A model generated the notes under the pieces. The model did no database searches, was not told the origin of the DNA, and was given only the letters and a program-made list of their open reading frames with translations. A stretch of DNA of 53,929 nt, filler included, from Jimgerdemannia flammicorona (lineage: Eukaryota): assembly GCA_003990765.1 (NCBI GenBank). It is 3 parts of 3 records of this genome, joined end to end, with 100 filler letters (N's around TTAATTAATTAA, not from the genome) between each part and the next. Parts side by side here need not be neighbours in the genome. Positions count along the whole stretch, not along the records: positions 1 to 17,913 come from RBNJ01002365.1; positions 18,014 to 35,923 come from RBNJ01002366.1; 1 more part is not named here. One strand, 5' to 3'. Made by a program: the position numbers and the translations under genes. Below, in pieces: positions 13,198 to 24,470 of this stretch; position 1 is the stretch's first letter; the number at the start of each line of letters is the position of its first letter.

Positions 13198-14544
13198 TTG
13201 CTGTCTGAATGTTGGGATTTCTGCAAGCTGACCAAAGGTTGCATTGACCTTTTGTTGGCTGAGATCCTTGAAGATATCATACTTGAAGGTCTTGGTCTTG
13301 TGAAGCTTCTTTTATTTTTCTCCTTCACTGGCTGGAGTGGTTCCTCAAATGATATCTTGAACTGCTTGCTCCAGCTCTGTATCTTGGTCCATCTCTTCAG
13401 CTTGGCTTTCCATGGCAGTTTCCATCTGCTTTTCTACTGGGTTCTTCTTGGGTCTTCCTGGTGGTCTCTTGTAGGGTTCTTTGCAAGCATCCTTCTTAGT
13501 GGTCTGAGCAGGATAGGCTTCCCATTCTTCTTCTTCAGAATCTCCAATCTCCTTGAAGGTAATTGTATTGACCTGCTCCTTGTTTCATATAGCATTGCTT
13601 GGTTGAGCCTTGCATTTGGTTTCGCTCATACATTCATAGGAGTAGTGGCCTTCTTCTCTGCAAGTATAGCAGGTGTCTTTCTTCTTATCTGAGGTGGTGG
13701 CAAACTTCTGAACAGAGCAGCGGTCTCTTCCTTGAATTTCCTTTATCATATCTCCCAGGTGGGCAGTCATTTTGGCAAACCTTTTGATGAGTTCCTCCAT
13801 AGGGTCACTGTTCTTTTGCTGCTCTGTAGCTTTTGGCTGAGGTGTGTTTCGATTGGTCATTGTGGTAGAGATTACACTGGTTGCCTTGGGTGTCTCGATT
13901 CTGACTCCTGTGACCCTTTCTATTGTATGGTCTTGTGGGTGTCTGGCTATCTAATATTGCTGAGCATAGGTGACCTTCTGTGGCAGATCCAGAATCACTA
14001 GTGATGAGTGGATGGCCATGGCTATTTCTGGATGGACTCCTTTCATGAAGGTTGCTTTGGCTACTTGATCTCAGATAGCAGCAGCATAATCTATAAGGAT
14101 TATCTGATATCGGATTCTGGTATAGAATGTGTTTGGATCCTTGCTCATTCCTTGGCATGTTGTATTGAGCTGATCCTTCAGGGCTTGCTTGATCTCGTCT
14201 GTGTAATATGTGTTTCGGAGCCAGGTCTTCTGTGCTGTCAGTACAGCATCGGCATCATTTCCTGCATGGGTTACAGCTGTAAATGCTGCTCTGGCAGGGC
14301 CTCGTAGGCTGAAGGGCATGAGGGCTACTTGCTATGCTGCTGTCAGGGTCCTTACAGTGGCATACTGCTCAAAATTGTCAATGAAGATGATGATTGATTC
14401 ATTGGAGGTATATCTGTGGAATACTGGTGGTCTCATATTCATCTTGTCTAGGTATTGGGGCTCGGTTTGGGTAGTGGTGGTTGTTCATTGTTCAGCTTGA
14501 AAGTGAGGGATTCATCTTGAATCACCAGCCAATGGGCACTAAGT

Positions 14545-14930
14545 TGTAATGTAGCAGATACTTACTCTTAAAAGTACATCAGATTTCTGTATCTTGAAAA
14601 CTTGACTGTTCTGACTCTTGCAGAGTCTCTTGAAGTTACAGGGGAGGGTGGGTGAGTTCGAAGTGTATCTGCCTGCAGGTTTACTAGTTCCTTTGTTATC
14701 TCTTTGCTTTGAACTATTTCGATCTAAGGTTTATTCACTCGAAGATACTGGGTTATTTATACAAGTTTGCTAGCTATGAGATGGTTACTGGGTTATGTGG
14801 CTAAGTTATGAGTCATTTAACACTTTGCGAAATGTTTAGCAAGTTGCGAAATGCTATACTACTTTGGGACTGGGTGCAATCAAGTGTCTATTCCCTATTT
14901 CCTTCTTCTGAATCTAGCTATACCGTCACA
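14545..14930 (-). repeat. 5' LTR of family C element
   Basis: Direct repeat of 10638-11023. Confidence 0.95.
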
Positions 14931-15827
14931 ATATATATCTCAATTTATTATCTATCTATTAAATAAAGAATATTTTTAAATAATTTTATTCCAAAACTAA
15001 ACTAATAATTTTTTTAAATATCTCTAATATAAAATTATAATATATTATAATATAAAATATATTTATATAAAGTATTTTTATTTAAATCATTAAAATTTAA
15101 AATTTAATAAAATATTAGAATATACTTTAATATGGTGAATTTATATTAGGAGTTAGATTTGATAGATAACTTGGTTTTGGTAAAAGATACAAATTCTTTC
15201 TAAATTAGTAAATTACTTAAAAATGACAAATGATATAGATTTTTCTAAATTGGTAGATTTTTTGAATAATAACTCAGATATCTTTAGATAGTGTAGATTC
15301 TTGAGCAAAGTTATATCAAAGACTGACTTTGTTTGTATAAATAAGTTTACTGTGAAGTTGTATTTAATAGACTGGCTTTATATTGAGAATATAAGCAGAT
15401 TTCTCTTCTTAACTAATAAAGTTACATAAGAGACTAATTTCATTTATATAAATATATTGAGAGACTGGCTTCACAAAGTTACATTAGATTGACTAGCTTT
15501 ATAGTAAGATTCTTATAGCAGATTTCTTAAAAATAGTAGCTTTTTCTTAAGCAGTGGGGTTTTTTTTTCAAATAGTAGCAAAGTTCTTCACTTGAACTTG
15601 GGCAGCAAATACTCTTAAATTCAGACTTATTCTTTATATCAAAAAGTGGACCAGAGTTGGAAAAGAGAGCTTACAACTTCTTAGTAGTAGCTTATTAATA
15701 GGTTTCTCCTTCTAAGTATATCAGACAATTGACTTTTGTTTTTGATTTTTGGACTGAGGTTTATTTACTCTTATCTCTGGGGTATTTTATATAAGTTGAT
15801 TGCTACTAGGTTACTATATAGCTAACT

Positions 15828-17913
15828 AGAGGAGGAAGAAGGCCCAGCAGGAGCCAAGGGAGCAAACCCAGAGCCAGTGTCAAAGCGAACGGAAGACATG
15901 TGGAAGAGCGTGTATAAGGGGGACGAACAAAGAACGTAACCGAAAATGCATCAGCCATTTATTGTCACGTAAAAACGTGGTCCTTATATACAAAATACGA
16001 CATCCCAAAAAGGGAGGGCGCACCACAACTCAGGGTGAACTGAATTAGGAACCACATGACCGCCGGAGATAAGCGGAGATAAAGGGGGAGCCAATCCCAG
16101 TTGCAGGATAAAAATCACAAACAAACACAAACAAAACAAATCCAAATCGAGATTAAAAAACATCCTTGCCCCCTCCGGGGTCTCGCGCTCGCTCCGGGGT
16201 CTTGGCCTTACTCCGCTCCCCTCCACTGCCTTCGGCCCCTCGCTTCGCTCGGGCTCACTGTGGCTCGCTCCATTTCGGCCTCACCCCTCGCTCACGCTCA
16301 CCCCTCCGGGGTCTGCAGATGTTTTTTAATCTCGATTTGGATTTGTTTTGTTTGTGTTTGTTTGTGATTTTTATCCTGCAACTGGGATTGGCTCCCCCTT
16401 TATCTCCGCTTATCTCCAGTGGTCATGTGGTTCCTAATTCGGTTCGCCCCAAGTTGTGGCACGCCCTCCCTTTTTGGGACATCGTATTTTGTATATAAGG
16501 ACTGCGTTTTTACATGGCAATAAACGGCTGATGCATTTTCGGTTATGTTCTTTGTTTGTCTCCCTTATACATGCTCTTCCACATATCTTCCATTCGCTTT
16601 GATACTGGCTCTGGGTTTGCTCCCTTGGCTCCTGCTGGGCCTTCTTCCTCCTCTGCTGTACCGCCTGCCCTCAGGGCCTCCGTCCTCATCGACGAGCTCA
16701 TGGATGAGGTACTTCCTCCTCCTCCTCCCCCTGCCTTCACCCCCGCCACTGTCTCCTTCGAGACCTACGTCTCGTCTGCCATCCTTTCCCTCCCCCTGGA
16801 CCTTTGTCCTTCTGGTCGTCCGCTCCTCTCCCAGTTCCAGTCAGTTCTTGCCCTCTCCGCTAAGGAGGCTCGTCTCCGCCATGACGTTGACGTCGTCGCT
16901 CCGCCCGCCATCCGCTACTCTGTTCTCCCTGAGGCCCGCCGCCAAGCCCTCTCTGAAGAGGTTCATGCCACCACCGCCGCTGCCAAACTCGCCGCCGCTG
17001 ACACCGCCACTGCTTCTACCGCCGCTGCCTCCACCGCCTTCCACCGTGCCTGTGCCGCTTTTGTGGCCTTCGCCTCCTCCCGCCTTTCGGATGCCGCCCC
17101 TTTCTGTGGCTTTGCCATCCACAAGGTTCCTTCGGTCGCCGCCGACATCGACGCTGTGTGTCATTTCCTCCTCGCCGGCACTTCCTTTGTCACTCGTCTT
17201 CACGAGCAGGAGTCATCACGTGCCGCCGCTGCTGCTCGCACCGCCGCCACTGCTCCCCTCCCTGCCTCCCCCGAGGTTTCGGTCTCCGAGGCCATTCGCG
17301 CCGAAGCTCGTGCTGCTGCTCGTACTGAGGTTCGTTCCTTCGCCGCCGCCGCCACCAAGGCCCCTGCCAAGACCCCCGCCAAGCCCAACCAGGCTTCATC
17401 GGCCTCTTCCCGGTCCCCCTCTCCCACCAAGGCTTCCTCCTCCATTCCCCCTGCCCCCAAGCATGGCCGCCAACTTGGTTCTCACCCTGTCGGGGCTTGG
17501 CCTTGCGCTGTCTGCTCCAGTCGCCTCCACCATGCCTACTGGCACCCGGCCAAGTCCGTCTGTCCTCATGGTGGTGTTCCTCGTGCTGCTGCCCCTTCGG
17601 CTGCTCGCTCGCCTTCGGCCTCCTCTGCCGGTTCCTCCTCCGCCTCCTCCACCCATGCCCCTGAATATAAGGGCTGCACGAAAGCCTGTGGCCACAAGGT
17701 CTGGCACTCTGACAGGGTGTGCTCCCGTTCATTGGGCTTGCCACCTTCAAAAAAAGTCAGAGGGAAGGGGAAGGCCTCCCGCTCTTAAACTTCCCCCCGG
17801 CGTGGTTCTCCCCCGGTGTCCCCGTCCCTTCTCGGATTCCCTCGTCGCTTCTGGTGCGCCCTGAGTGGTTCCTCATGCTGTCCCCCCTTCGCCTTTCCCA
17901 GTTGCTTGTCCCA
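15828..17913 (+). mobile_element. Young GC-rich element with inverted 5' duplication, possibly Penelope-like (Coprina-type); truncated by assembly gap
   Basis: 337-bp inverted arms at 15828-16164 and 16318-16654, followed by a ~400 aa Ala/Ser-rich ORF and a second frame running into the gap. No RT motif is visible, so the class is inferred from architecture only. Confidence 0.4.
16583..17788 (+). CDS. ORF1-like protein, Ala/Ser-rich, with Cys/His clusters and a basic C-terminus
   Basis: Open frame 16556-17788. The codon at 16583 is ATA here but ATG in the mirrored arm (15899-15897). TATATAA at 16492. Motifs CAVC...HHAYWH...C and CTKACGHKVWH...C; ends KGKASRS. Confidence 0.6.
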   Translation: MSSIRFDTGSGFAPLAPAGPSSSSAVPPALRASVLIDELMDEVLPPPPPPAFTPATVSFETYVSSAILSLPLDLCPSGRPLLSQFQSVLALSAKEARLRHDVDVVAPPAIRYSVLPEARRQALSEEVHATTAAAKLAAADTATASTAAASTAFHRACAAFVAFASSRLSDAAPFCGFAIHKVPSVAADIDAVCHFLLAGTSFVTRLHEQESSRAAAAARTAATAPLPASPEVSVSEAIRAEARAAARTEVRSFAAAATKAPAKTPAKPNQASSASSRSPSPTKASSSIPPAPKHGRQLGSHPVGAWPCAVCSSRLHHAYWHPAKSVCPHGGVPRAAAPSAARSPSASSAGSSSASSTHAPEYKGCTKACGHKVWHSDRVCSRSLGLPPSKKVRGKGKASRS

Positions 17914-18013
17914 NNNNNNNNNNNNNNNNNNNNNNNNNNNNNNNNNNNNNNNNNNNNTTAATTAATTAANNNNNNNNNNNNNNNNNNNNNNNNNNNNNNN
18001 NNNNNNNNNNNNN
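17914..18013. other. Artificial contig linker
   Basis: N-run, TTAATTAATTAA (stops in six frames), N-run; identical structure at 35924-36023. Confidence 0.95.
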
Positions 18014-18173
18014 TTTTTCGAGAATCTACATTATACAACTCTCAACCATGGTATGCCCTCGTTGGAATCAAACGTTCGTAGCCATACCATGCCATAAATC
18101 GAGTATCGAGCCAAACCACCACCACCACCACCACACACATGAATGTCCGTTCACGTCCGGTCTGCCTTCCGCA

Positions 18174-20115
18174 TCATCCAGCCCGCTCCTCCGACTCGAC
18201 CAGACTTGGACTCGGAACCTCTACGTCCAGGGCTTTAATTCCGTAACCCCAGAATGCGTTGCACCATGGTTTGTATCCAGCAAATTCTTCTATCGACTTA
18301 TTTGTCACAGTATCATAGTAAGTTCCCGACCACCCTTTGGCGATGCACGTCAATGGTTTGAACGCCTTGAACGTAAGCTCCATGTTCTGCGATACGAGGG
18401 CGCCGAGACGGCCTCCAAAGCCAATGGGAAACGAGCTAAAGTCCGAGCGTACCTCCACGAAGGTGGGAACAAGAAGGTTGGCCAGATTGCAAACTGTTTT
18501 CGGGTTGATGCCACGGCCTTGCAGTGCGGTCAAGACTACAGAAGTGGAAGGTAGCAATTTTGATGAGATGCGCGATGCAGCATGGTCAAGCTCTCGGGGA
18601 TATGTGTATAAACAAGAGGGCGAGAATAAGGTTACCTGCGTCATTCCATATTGCGAGATTCGGGCTTTGATTGTGGATGTAATAATCGCCTTCAACTGGT
18701 TGTATAAATAGTTTTAGCATAAAAACGCATGTGCGATCTGAGAGGCAAAAAAAAAAAACCCCCCTTTTCTCCCTGAAACATACTTAATTCGATCCAGCCA
18801 CCCGGCTTAAGAATACGTTTGAACTCCTGGATCACTTGCACCCATTCGACATCCGTGAAGGATCCGCCAGCTAGCCTTTTCTTTGAAAATTCCCAAAGGA
18901 TTTGGAGGTTTAGTCCGAATATACAAGCACGTGCATTTACCCGTTCCGACAATAAGCCAATTCTTGCGCCCGAAAATTAATATATCGCCATGCCCAAAAA
19001 AAAAAAAAAAAATACACAAATACAGACCTCTGGAAAACGTAATCAAATGTCCCATCGTCGTACGGCAACCGCGGCAGAGTATTCGCGATCCGGAAGGAGC
19101 AATTTACTGGTAGGTGATCCGTCGGGAACACAGGGGCCATGTCCGTACCAATAAAGGTCGAGTTTGGGTATGCCAAAGCCATTTCCTGAAGAGGCGAAAT
19201 TGCCACATCCACACACTCTTCAGTCGACGATCAAACCATCCCCCAACCTGCGGAATAAATCATTCCGGCCACAAGAAAATTAACTTACCAGGCTCCATAT
19301 TCCGGACCCACATCTGTGCAAACATTTTCGTTAATAATTATAAGGCATCACAATTCGACACGAAAAGGTAAGAAGGAAAGAAAAAGAAAAGAGAAGAAAA
19401 AAAGGGGGGGAGGGAGAAAGAGGAAGAGGTATTTCCAACATACCCAACATCGAGCACCTTGATGCCTTTGACAAGCTGGTTCTCGATGGGAGCTTTGAAG
19501 TTCCTTCGAGTGAGGTTTCGGTTGCAACATCAAATGAACAAGGGCGTTCTTCGGTAAAAACTCAGCACCCATGATATCACACGCAAGACTTGTAATCCGA
19601 CGTGAAAGCCAAGCTTACCCTTCAAAGAGATGTCTGACAATTTGGAAAACGCGTCTCTGTCAGTATTCACGCGGGCTTCCATATATCGTGGTTGGTTTGG
19701 AGGGAAGTGGTAGGTGTTGGGGGTGGCACAGACAAGACACGCAACATACCTGAAGCAATAGTGCTGCAACTGCAATCGACTCACCTCCTCCTCATCGTTG
19801 GGAAACATATAACGCCTGTTGCCTTCGACGTATTTGCGTCCATCGATGACCCTGAAGTTTGGCTGGTTAGGCTGATTTTGCGCGGGCTGGGGGGTTTGGC
19901 GAGTGCGTGATGGCGGGTGGCGTGTGGGAGGCGGGGGACGCGAAGTGGGAAGACGAGAGTTTTGTCGCGGTGCCTTGGGTGGAGCCAGGGGAGGAGCCTA
20001 GATTTGGTCATGATCTGAACCTTAGCGCTTTGCCGAGCGCAAATGGACCAGTGCGATTCCGGTAGCAGGTGATCAATACGGTAGATGTCCCAACCTCTTG
20101 GTTATTACTATCCAT
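18174..20115 (-). CDS. SAM-dependent methyltransferase (LaeA-like / Methyltransf_23-25 type), 9 exons
   Basis: GT-AG splicing joins MDSNNQE / APP...GRKY...YMFPNDEEEVSRLQLQHYCFR / HLFEG / NFKAP...VLDVG / CGSGIWSL / EMALAYPNSTFIGTD...FDYVFQR / ...FKRILKPGGWIEL / EGDYY... / VLTALQGRG...GFGGRLG...YGIK...; stop at 18174. First exon less certain. Confidence 0.9.
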
Positions 20116-23100
20116 GGCCAAGACGTTGGTTGGGCTCTTCGCAAAAGGAGGACGATACGAAAGCAGACTGGCATCGTGTGAACACTGGCTCGTAAGGATC
20201 GTTTTATGGGTCGCACAAAATCATCACGGGGACTGTTTCCGACGGCCTGGTTCTCAATCCAAGATGCCTTCTTGACAGTCAAATACACAAGGCAGATGGG
20301 TATATAAGCGGCTGATCACCATAAGGCGTCGTCGTGTCTTTGGTATCCCTATTCAGGCATCCCGACCTCCTTGTCACCCAGCACAAATTTCTTAGGCCGT
20401 TTGGGTAGATGTATCGTATCGTATGATCCAGATACGTCTGCCCCACCAACTCGGTTTGCTCAAGGAAACCGAGATCCTCACCCCTCACCCCCCTGCTGTC
20501 ACTGAACCCAGTAGCCGGGTAAGAGTCGACCCGAAAGAATTAAGTTAGTCATGGGAAGCCAATAGAACCAGTCAAGGTCATTTGTTAAGGGAACAACCAA
20601 TTTAGGCTTTGAACGTCAACATGGCTGGTTGATATGGCTGAAAGTCTTAGATACCATAAACTGTTGTGATTGTAAATGGATTGGCGCCGTCTATAATGGA
20701 AATCAATTGTATTTCGATACAAACAGGCACTTAAAGCCTGGATGGAGACGTGGGAGGATGGTCAAAAGAAAACCGTGGCTCTGGAATCGATGTCAACAAG
20801 GCAGGGGCCAAAAGATGCCAGGCCCGACAATATTGGTCCATCGGAGCCCTTTCTTGTGGATGTCGGAGCAGTATTAATAGACGGTTTTGTTTTTTGTTGT
20901 TTTCATACGATAATACAATAAACAAGATTTTGAGAAGATTTTCTCAGGGGCTTACCGTATAACACGCTGCACAAATGACATGCTCTCAATTGATGGCAAC
21001 CCGCAAAACAGGCTAGAGACTGCTTTCGCACCGGCCGTTTTCGTCTTAGAAACTGAGTTCAGGAGTTGGTATTCCACCTCCCGAACCCCTTGAAAGCAAC
21101 GCGGCGATCCTAATGGGATGATGCTGTGTAATCAAAGCTGCATGGGAGCGTTTTCGGCAAAGCCAGCCGCGACACAGGACAGCACGCGTTTAACGCGTCA
21201 GGCGCGGGTAGCCCCTCCGGCCAGTAGCAGCCCGCGGTGTTCCATGTCACCTGATCGATCTCAGAGTCATGTACCGCACAATGTCCGCGCCCTGTATACA
21301 TAGCTGTGTGCAATCAAGCCTCCGCGGCGGCAGTTGAATATGAGCGCGGCCACGGTGCAGGGGACCTCCAATTCGATGATTTCCCCACCCCTAGTTCCGA
21401 GACCGCTTGGTGGCCAATGTGCGATACTTGGTTAGCATTGCCAAACAATGGTGGGTCGAACATTGTTGACAATCGACGTCCTTTGCTGTCGCATTCTTCG
21501 GAATGATAATCTAGTCTGGAGGCGCAAAACGTGCGTCGGGGCTTGCAGGTGGCGCTTTGGACATTAGTAATCGCTGCACATGTTTCAGGCTAAATAATGG
21601 ATGGCGGTATTGACGGAAATTCACCTAGCTTTGTCTTATTCATGAGATTTTTGGCCATGACGGTGGTCAAATGCGCCACTTCAATTGGAAAAGAGTCATC
21701 ACGCTAGATCCTACGGTAATTGCCGAACCGCAAGAACTTCTACCAAGCCAGAACTGGGAACATTGCCACCTCGACTATTTGACGACCGCGCCATTCGCGG
21801 GATACCAGAATTAGACACACGAACGACCGTCCACAGAGAAAATGCTGCGGTATCCGGGCAACTCCGCGCACACCGTGACGTAAAATACGGGCACAGACAG
21901 GGGGCTGTTGCACGGCATGCGGAGTAACCAAGCCTGATTTACAATCTATAGAGTCCGATGAGCTTCGGCCCATGACAATTTGGGTTTGGGAAACAATATC
22001 AAGAAATAGCTTAAGACGGATTTCAAGCGTACCTTCCAAATATTTCCTTATTAACAATCCGATTAAGTTTCCCCGTTGCCCCGTTGTCCCGTTGTGGTCC
22101 GTGGGCTGATACACAAAGCCTCCGCGAGACTCCTTGCCGTGGTAAAAAAAAAAAAAAAAAAAAAAGGAGGCCTTGGGGCAATATGCGAAGCCATCGGGGC
22201 GCATTCTTCCTTAACACCGACCTACCTCGTTTGAGTTTGTTAAATCTAGGAATCGCCGGAAAAAACTACTCACAAAGTTCTTCGTAGATGATCGTTCTCC
22301 TGATAGGAATTCCAGCATCACCTCGAATTCCTTGACTTCCTCAGGTGTACACACAAGTGAGGAAATCTATAACTCGCTAGCGCCCTCTTCGAGGAGATAG
22401 GAGATAAGGGTGACGAACATATCCAATGGGCCGAAGACGGTGAGGTGGAAGCTGTCATTCTAATGACTATGCTCTCAGCGTGGAGGTCGTAGTGTACGAT
22501 TCCGAGGGAGAAAGGGTCAACCTCGCGGAAGTATTGACTGATTAGTTGTCCGTATTGGTTATCCTCTTTTAAGAAGTGTCTGTGTTTTTTGTTGGGTGGC
22601 GATGGTGATGCGGATAGGTGCACAGTGAGTACCACCTGTCAAAACCGTATAAAAGTGGCACTGTCAGTGCATAGGATGGAAGTGCATGGTTTCCACTATG
22701 ACACTCTTGACTGATTGTCTGTGCATCATCACCACGCCCTAACGTTATTGCCCACACTTAACTCTAGTTTATCGGCCTCACACTGATCGGCCGCTCCGAA
22801 TATCCTGCTTTAAGCTCAGTGACGATGGACTCTGTACCAATAGACACTGAGCGGGGGACAAGCACAAGGCTTCCAAATAGCGAGAAGGCTGTTGTCGGGG
22901 TACACTTTGATGGTTCTATTTTGATTGAAGAGTATTGAGCCGTTTGCAAAAAGGGGGGGTTTACTCTGAAGGCTAGTGGTTGGTTGGAATGTTACACTGC
23001 AGCGCACAATCAATAAGAGCCAGCGCTCGATCATCTGTTTAAGTTTCCGTAAGTTACAGTCCGTAACCGGGGTGATCACTGATCGCCCTCCTCGCACGTG

Positions 23101-23159
23101 ACACCCCCTGCGACGGATGCCCCTTGCTGCGCCTTCCCTCCTCTCTCCCAACATACGCC

Positions 23160-24470
23160 ATGACCGACCACCAACAACAACCCGACCCCAACCGCGCTAT
23201 CTTCTCAAACCCAAACTGGCTCTCCGACGAAAAGCTCCGAGTTATGGGCGTTCCCGATCTCCACAAGGAATCCTTCCGTCGCTACGTCTACCAGCAAGCC
23301 TTCGGTCTCAACACCTGCTTCGATGTCATCGGGCCGCACACCTTCGCCACGGAGTTTCTACCCTTGACCGCCGACGAGGTCGAGGCCATTGTTTCAAACT
23401 TCAGCCCCGTGTACAAAAAGTGCACAGATGAGAACGCGAGACAGAAGGTGAGGGGAAATGTCGTGTTGAGTGCCTTGGCGAACAGGATCGACGCCAGGAT
23501 TGCGATATTGGGAGGCGGAGCCGTGTTCATCAAGCTAAATACGAGGAGTCCCAAGGATGTCATGTTTGACGATTTTGAAGAAGCGCACGTGAACAGAGTA
23601 ATCAAGAGCATCAAGGACGACCTTGTCGACATCCGCAAGGAGCAAACCGTGGCCCTCGAATCCGCCGCCTCCGCCGGCACTACCATAGACCCCGCAGTAC
23701 AACCGCACGTTGCCAACGTCCCCACCCCATCCCCAACCGACTTCGCCCTCGCCTCCCTTAACCGCACTATGCTCCGCCTCCTTCGCCTCACCACGGGTGA
23801 ATCCGCTGTCACGCTCCTCCTGCGCAGTCGCCGTGTCAATGAAGACCTTGGCCGGGTCCGCCAATTCGCACAATATGACTCCTGCGTGCTTGCTGGCCCG
23901 AACGACGCTGCCACCCAACAAGGGGGGGACGAGGGCGAGTCGACGAACTCTCTGGTGGCCAGTCTGGTCCTCCGCGCTTGGTCGGACACGGTCCTGTGCG
24001 ACACGCAGCTGGAGCACCGCGCCTTCGTGTACAAAGGCACGATGACGGCGTTGACGCAGTACGACAGCATGACGTATGACGTTCGGATTGCGCGAGCGAA
24101 GGACGAGATCCCGGCACGGGTGCTCGCGTTCTGGCAGCGCGAGCTGAGGGACAGGCTGGCGGTGCGGCACGAGTCGTATGTAGTGGACTTCTTGGTGGGA
24201 GAGAACGAGATTAAGGTTATTGAGCTGAATCCGTTCCACAACGGGGCTGGAGGGTGCCTGTTCTCGTGGACGACCGACCGACAGCAGCTGATGGGAGAGA
24301 CGCTCGAGTATCGATATGTGTGCGAGCCGGCCAAGGCGGAGGTGTTCAAGGTGTTTCCGGCTGTGTGGGATCGGGAGCTGAGTCGGTTGGTGAAGTCGGA
24401 CGGGGAGAGAGAGAGAAAAGAAATGGGTGTGTTTGGGGTGGCAAGGAAGGTGTTGGGAAAGTGGTTCTGA
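23160..24470 (+). CDS. CDC123/D123-like (R2K clade) ATP-grasp protein, intronless, 436 aa
   Basis: Motifs FIKLNTRSPKD, LLLRSRRVNEDL, LVLRAW, EHRAFV...ALTQY, YVVDF, VIELNPF...LFSW occur in the order typical of the CDC123 family. First ATG at 23160. Confidence 0.85.
   Translation: MTDHQQQPDPNRAIFSNPNWLSDEKLRVMGVPDLHKESFRRYVYQQAFGLNTCFDVIGPHTFATEFLPLTADEVEAIVSNFSPVYKKCTDENARQKVRGNVVLSALANRIDARIAILGGGAVFIKLNTRSPKDVMFDDFEEAHVNRVIKSIKDDLVDIRKEQTVALESAASAGTTIDPAVQPHVANVPTPSPTDFALASLNRTMLRLLRLTTGESAVTLLLRSRRVNEDLGRVRQFAQYDSCVLAGPNDAATQQGGDEGESTNSLVASLVLRAWSDTVLCDTQLEHRAFVYKGTMTALTQYDSMTYDVRIARAKDEIPARVLAFWQRELRDRLAVRHESYVVDFLVGENEIKVIELNPFHNGAGGCLFSWTTDRQQLMGETLEYRYVCEPAKAEVFKVFPAVWDRELSRLVKSDGERERKEMGVFGVARKVLGKWF

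Larger units (their letters stand above)
10638..14930 (-). mobile_element. Ty3/gypsy element (family C), 4.3 kb, lacking RT/RNase H
   Basis: 386-bp LTRs TG...CA at 10638-11023 and 14545-14930; TSD ATAT; PBS-like TAGTGCCCATTGG next to the 5' LTR and purine tract next to the 3' LTR. Order on minus strand: gag CYTCREEGHYSYEC, protease, CPHG module, integrase, ORF3. Confidence 0.92.
9631..15116. mobile_element. AT-rich inverted-repeat element (MITE-like) hosting nested insertions
   Basis: ~9631-9856 is the reverse complement of 10590-10637 joined to 14931-15116, so the right arm is split by the gypsy insertion. Confidence 0.65.

Noticed and set aside
16318..16654. Hammerhead ribozyme in the inverted arms
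   Set aside because: Only CTGATGC is present, not the CTGATGA...GAAA core; I could not build the fold by eye. An Infernal search would be decisive.
16545..17864. 439-aa Pro/Leu-rich ORF overlapping ORF1
   Set aside because: Alternate frame of pyrimidine-rich GCC/TCC codons that rarely form stops; low complexity. The 16556 frame has the mirrored ATG and Cys/His motifs.
17914..18013. TTAATTAATTAA palindrome within N runs (also 35924-36023)
   Set aside because: Assembly linker, not biological; adjacency across it cannot be trusted.
18048..18711. Plus-strand ORFs 18048-18554 and 18337-18711
   Set aside because: Antisense to the last exons of the methyltransferase gene.
20279..23100. Short ORFs between the first methyltransferase and the CDC123-like gene
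   Set aside because: No motifs or coherent splice model found; treated as a divergent intergenic region. No tRNA or rRNA recognised.
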